Shown here: piece by piece, positions 62,362-64,000 of the stretch | Position numbering within the stretch: the stretch's first letter is position 1 | How the letters are laid out: each line of letters opens with the position of its first letter | Assembly: GCA_019746485.1 (NCBI GenBank) | Contig: JAIERW010000005.1 | Span: 15,078-79,077, forward strand | DNA: 64,000 nt | Origin: Candidatus Babeliales bacterium | GTDB lineage: Bacteria; Babelota; Babeliae; Babelales; RVW-14 | Reading direction: 5' to 3' | The notes under the pieces: generated by a model | Told to the model about the DNA's origin: nothing | What the model saw: the letters and a program-made list of their open reading frames with translations, nothing else | Databases searched by the model: none | Program-made: the position numbers and the translations under genes

Positions 62362-63349
62362 AGAATTTTGGTCCGAAAAAATCACTATTGGCAACTTGGT
62401 TATTCCCCGTTTTATGGCAGCGCCACTTGATGGCGTTACCGATTCTCCATTGCGTCAGTTGATCCGCGATTTCTGCAAAGAAGAATTGCTGATGACTGAA
62501 ATGCGCCACGTTTCTCACGTTGCCAACGATAAGTTAAAACGCACACTCAAATACAAAGAAGTTGAGCAACCACTTGCGTTTCAATTTTCGGCCAATCGCT
62601 TGGAATGGATTGAACAAAGCGTTGAAAAAGTTATTGAAAACGGCTTTAAACTGATCAACCTCAACAGTGGCTGCCCTTCGCGCACGGTTACCGGCTCAGG
62701 TTCCGGCTCGGCGCTCATGGCAAATATTCCGTTGCTTGAAAAACTATTGAAAGAATTTAATAGAATTATTGGTGACCGCGTTCCTATGACCATTAAAATT
62801 CGAGCCGGTTATAAAGAACGCAACGCGGTAGACGTTGCAAAAGCAGCAGAAGCAGCAGGCGTAAGCTGCATCATGATTCATCCGCGTACCCAACCAGAAG
62901 GCTTTGTTTCACGCTTAGATTTTGAACTAACCAAACAAGTCAAAGAAGCGGTTAAAGTGCCCGTAATTTTTTCTGGCAACGTTAACAACTTTTCACGCGC
63001 TGAAAAAACCTATGAACTGACTGGCGTTGATGGCTTTATGATTGGCCGCGCGCTCTGGGGCGCTCCGTGGAAAATGCGTGAGATTGTTGAAAACTCGCAA
63101 GGCAAAGAATTTTCGGTTGATACCACAACAGCACTCGACTATGCCCGCCGCCATTTTTATTTGAACAAAGATTTTTATGGCAACTCGGGTTTTAGTATTT
63201 TCAAAAAACAATTGCCACAATACATTCGCAGCGTTGAAAATGCTGCTATGTGGCGCAAAACACTTCTTACCACGCAAACCGAAGAAGAGATGCGCCTCAA
63301 GCTTGACCAGCTGTGCCATGAATACAAAGTTGATTCAAACGCTTTATAA
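62354..63349 (+). CDS. dus: tRNA-dihydrouridine synthase
   Basis: Start at MNKEFWSEK (ATG at 62354, 8-nt overlap with gatA). Motifs APLDGVTDSPLRQLIR, INLNSGCPSRTV, MTIKIRAGY and IMIHPRTQPEGF. Confidence 0.85.
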   Translation: MNKEFWSEKITIGNLVIPRFMAAPLDGVTDSPLRQLIRDFCKEELLMTEMRHVSHVANDKLKRTLKYKEVEQPLAFQFSANRLEWIEQSVEKVIENGFKLINLNSGCPSRTVTGSGSGSALMANIPLLEKLLKEFNRIIGDRVPMTIKIRAGYKERNAVDVAKAAEAAGVSCIMIHPRTQPEGFVSRLDFELTKQVKEAVKVPVIFSGNVNNFSRAEKTYELTGVDGFMIGRALWGAPWKMREIVENSQGKEFSVDTTTALDYARRHFYLNKDFYGNSGFSIFKKQLPQYIRSVENAAMWRKTLLTTQTEEEMRLKLDQLCHEYKVDSNAL

Positions 63350-63361
63350 AAGGAACTTGAT

Positions 63362-64000
63362 ATGTTTTTTTTAGATCCAATGAGCGATATTGCATTTAAA
63401 AAACTCTTTGGTGATCAGGCAAAACAAGAGATTGTTATAAGCTTTTTGAACAGCATTTTGGCATGCAAAGAGGGAGAAAAAATTGTTAGTGTGGTAATTA
63501 CTGACCCCTACAATACGCCAGACACAAAATGGCTAAAAACGAGCATTGTTGATGTTCGATGTATTGATCAAAGCGGGAGACATTACATTATCGAGCTACA
63601 AGTTGAATGCCAAAACGATTACCCAGAACGAAGTCAATATTACGCCGCTCTGGCCATGGCTCGACAACTTAAAATTGGTGGTCAATATGGCGAGGTCATG
63701 CCGGTAATTTTTGTTGGCGTTCTTGATTTTAATCTTTTTGAAGATCAAGATTATGTCACTCATCATAAAATTCTCAACACCAAAACATATACACATTCAT
63801 TGCGACATCTAGAATTCCATTTCATTGAACTACAAAAATTTAATAAAACACTTGAAGAACTTGATAACGTGATAGACAAATGGATCTATCTTTTAAAAAA
63901 TGCGGCAACGTTAAACACCATTCCAAAGCAACTCAAAACGCCTGCTGCCCTGGAAGAAGCTATGGAAGTGCTTGAAGAAGGCAATATGTCACCAGCAGAA
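63362..64000 (+). CDS. Rpn/YhgA-like PD-(D/E)XK nuclease family protein (putative transposase family), 3' end outside window
   Basis: This ORF runs off the window and is not in the ORF track. MFFLDPMSDIAFKKLFGDQ...SIVDVRCIDQSGRHYIIELQV...FHFIELQKFNK matches the conserved D...D(x)nE.Q core and N-terminal D..FK.lF of this family. Confidence 0.7.
   Translation, partial: MFFLDPMSDIAFKKLFGDQAKQEIVISFLNSILACKEGEKIVSVVITDPYNTPDTKWLKTSIVDVRCIDQSGRHYIIELQVECQNDYPERSQYYAALAMARQLKIGGQYGEVMPVIFVGVLDFNLFEDQDYVTHHKILNTKTYTHSLRHLEFHFIELQKFNKTLEELDNVIDKWIYLLKNAATLNTIPKQLKTPAALEEAMEVLEEGNMSPAE

Overview
This 64 kb window is bacterial chromosome with moderate to low GC and strongly A-ending codons. All calls come from reading the sequence and recognising motifs; no database search or fold prediction was run.

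Housekeeping genes are interleaved with several tandem families of secreted proteins.

**Housekeeping genes recognised:**
- Partial gap, an RNase H-like gene, SpoIID, tatD, hup, a CPBP protease, rodA/ftsW and sbcC
- lon, rpsB, dnaX, der, lptB, hpf, a MATE exporter, gatC, gatA and dus

**RNA genes:** tRNA(CAT), tRNA-Ser(GGA) and a small SRP RNA.

**Accessory content:**
1. An operon encoding a signal-peptide, multi-TM MutS-family ATPase plus three single-pass coiled-coil proteins, two of which end in poly-Ala.
2. A type-I periplasmic binding protein gene 3 nt upstream of a pentameric ligand-gated ion channel-like gene.
3. Four tandem cysteine-rich secreted paralogs.
4. Two tandem ATP/ADP-translocase (NTT/TLC) genes.
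5. Six tandem coiled-coil secreted paralogs with near-identical 5' ends.
6. Two tandem NPP/alkaline-phosphatase-family genes.
7. A 14 kb cluster (44.7-59.0 kb) of eight secreted genes: seven Pro/Gln/Thr/Ala-rich proteins and one small one.

The first protein of that cluster is the most interesting signal. It carries polyproline tracts followed by two eukaryote-like WH2 / central-helix modules and a C-terminal Trp, which makes it a candidate host-actin nucleation-promoting effector.

The nucleotide transporters and the large secreted-protein repertoire suggest an obligate intracellular or host-dependent lifestyle. A Dependentiae/TM6-like or chlamydia-like lineage is possible, but this is inference only.
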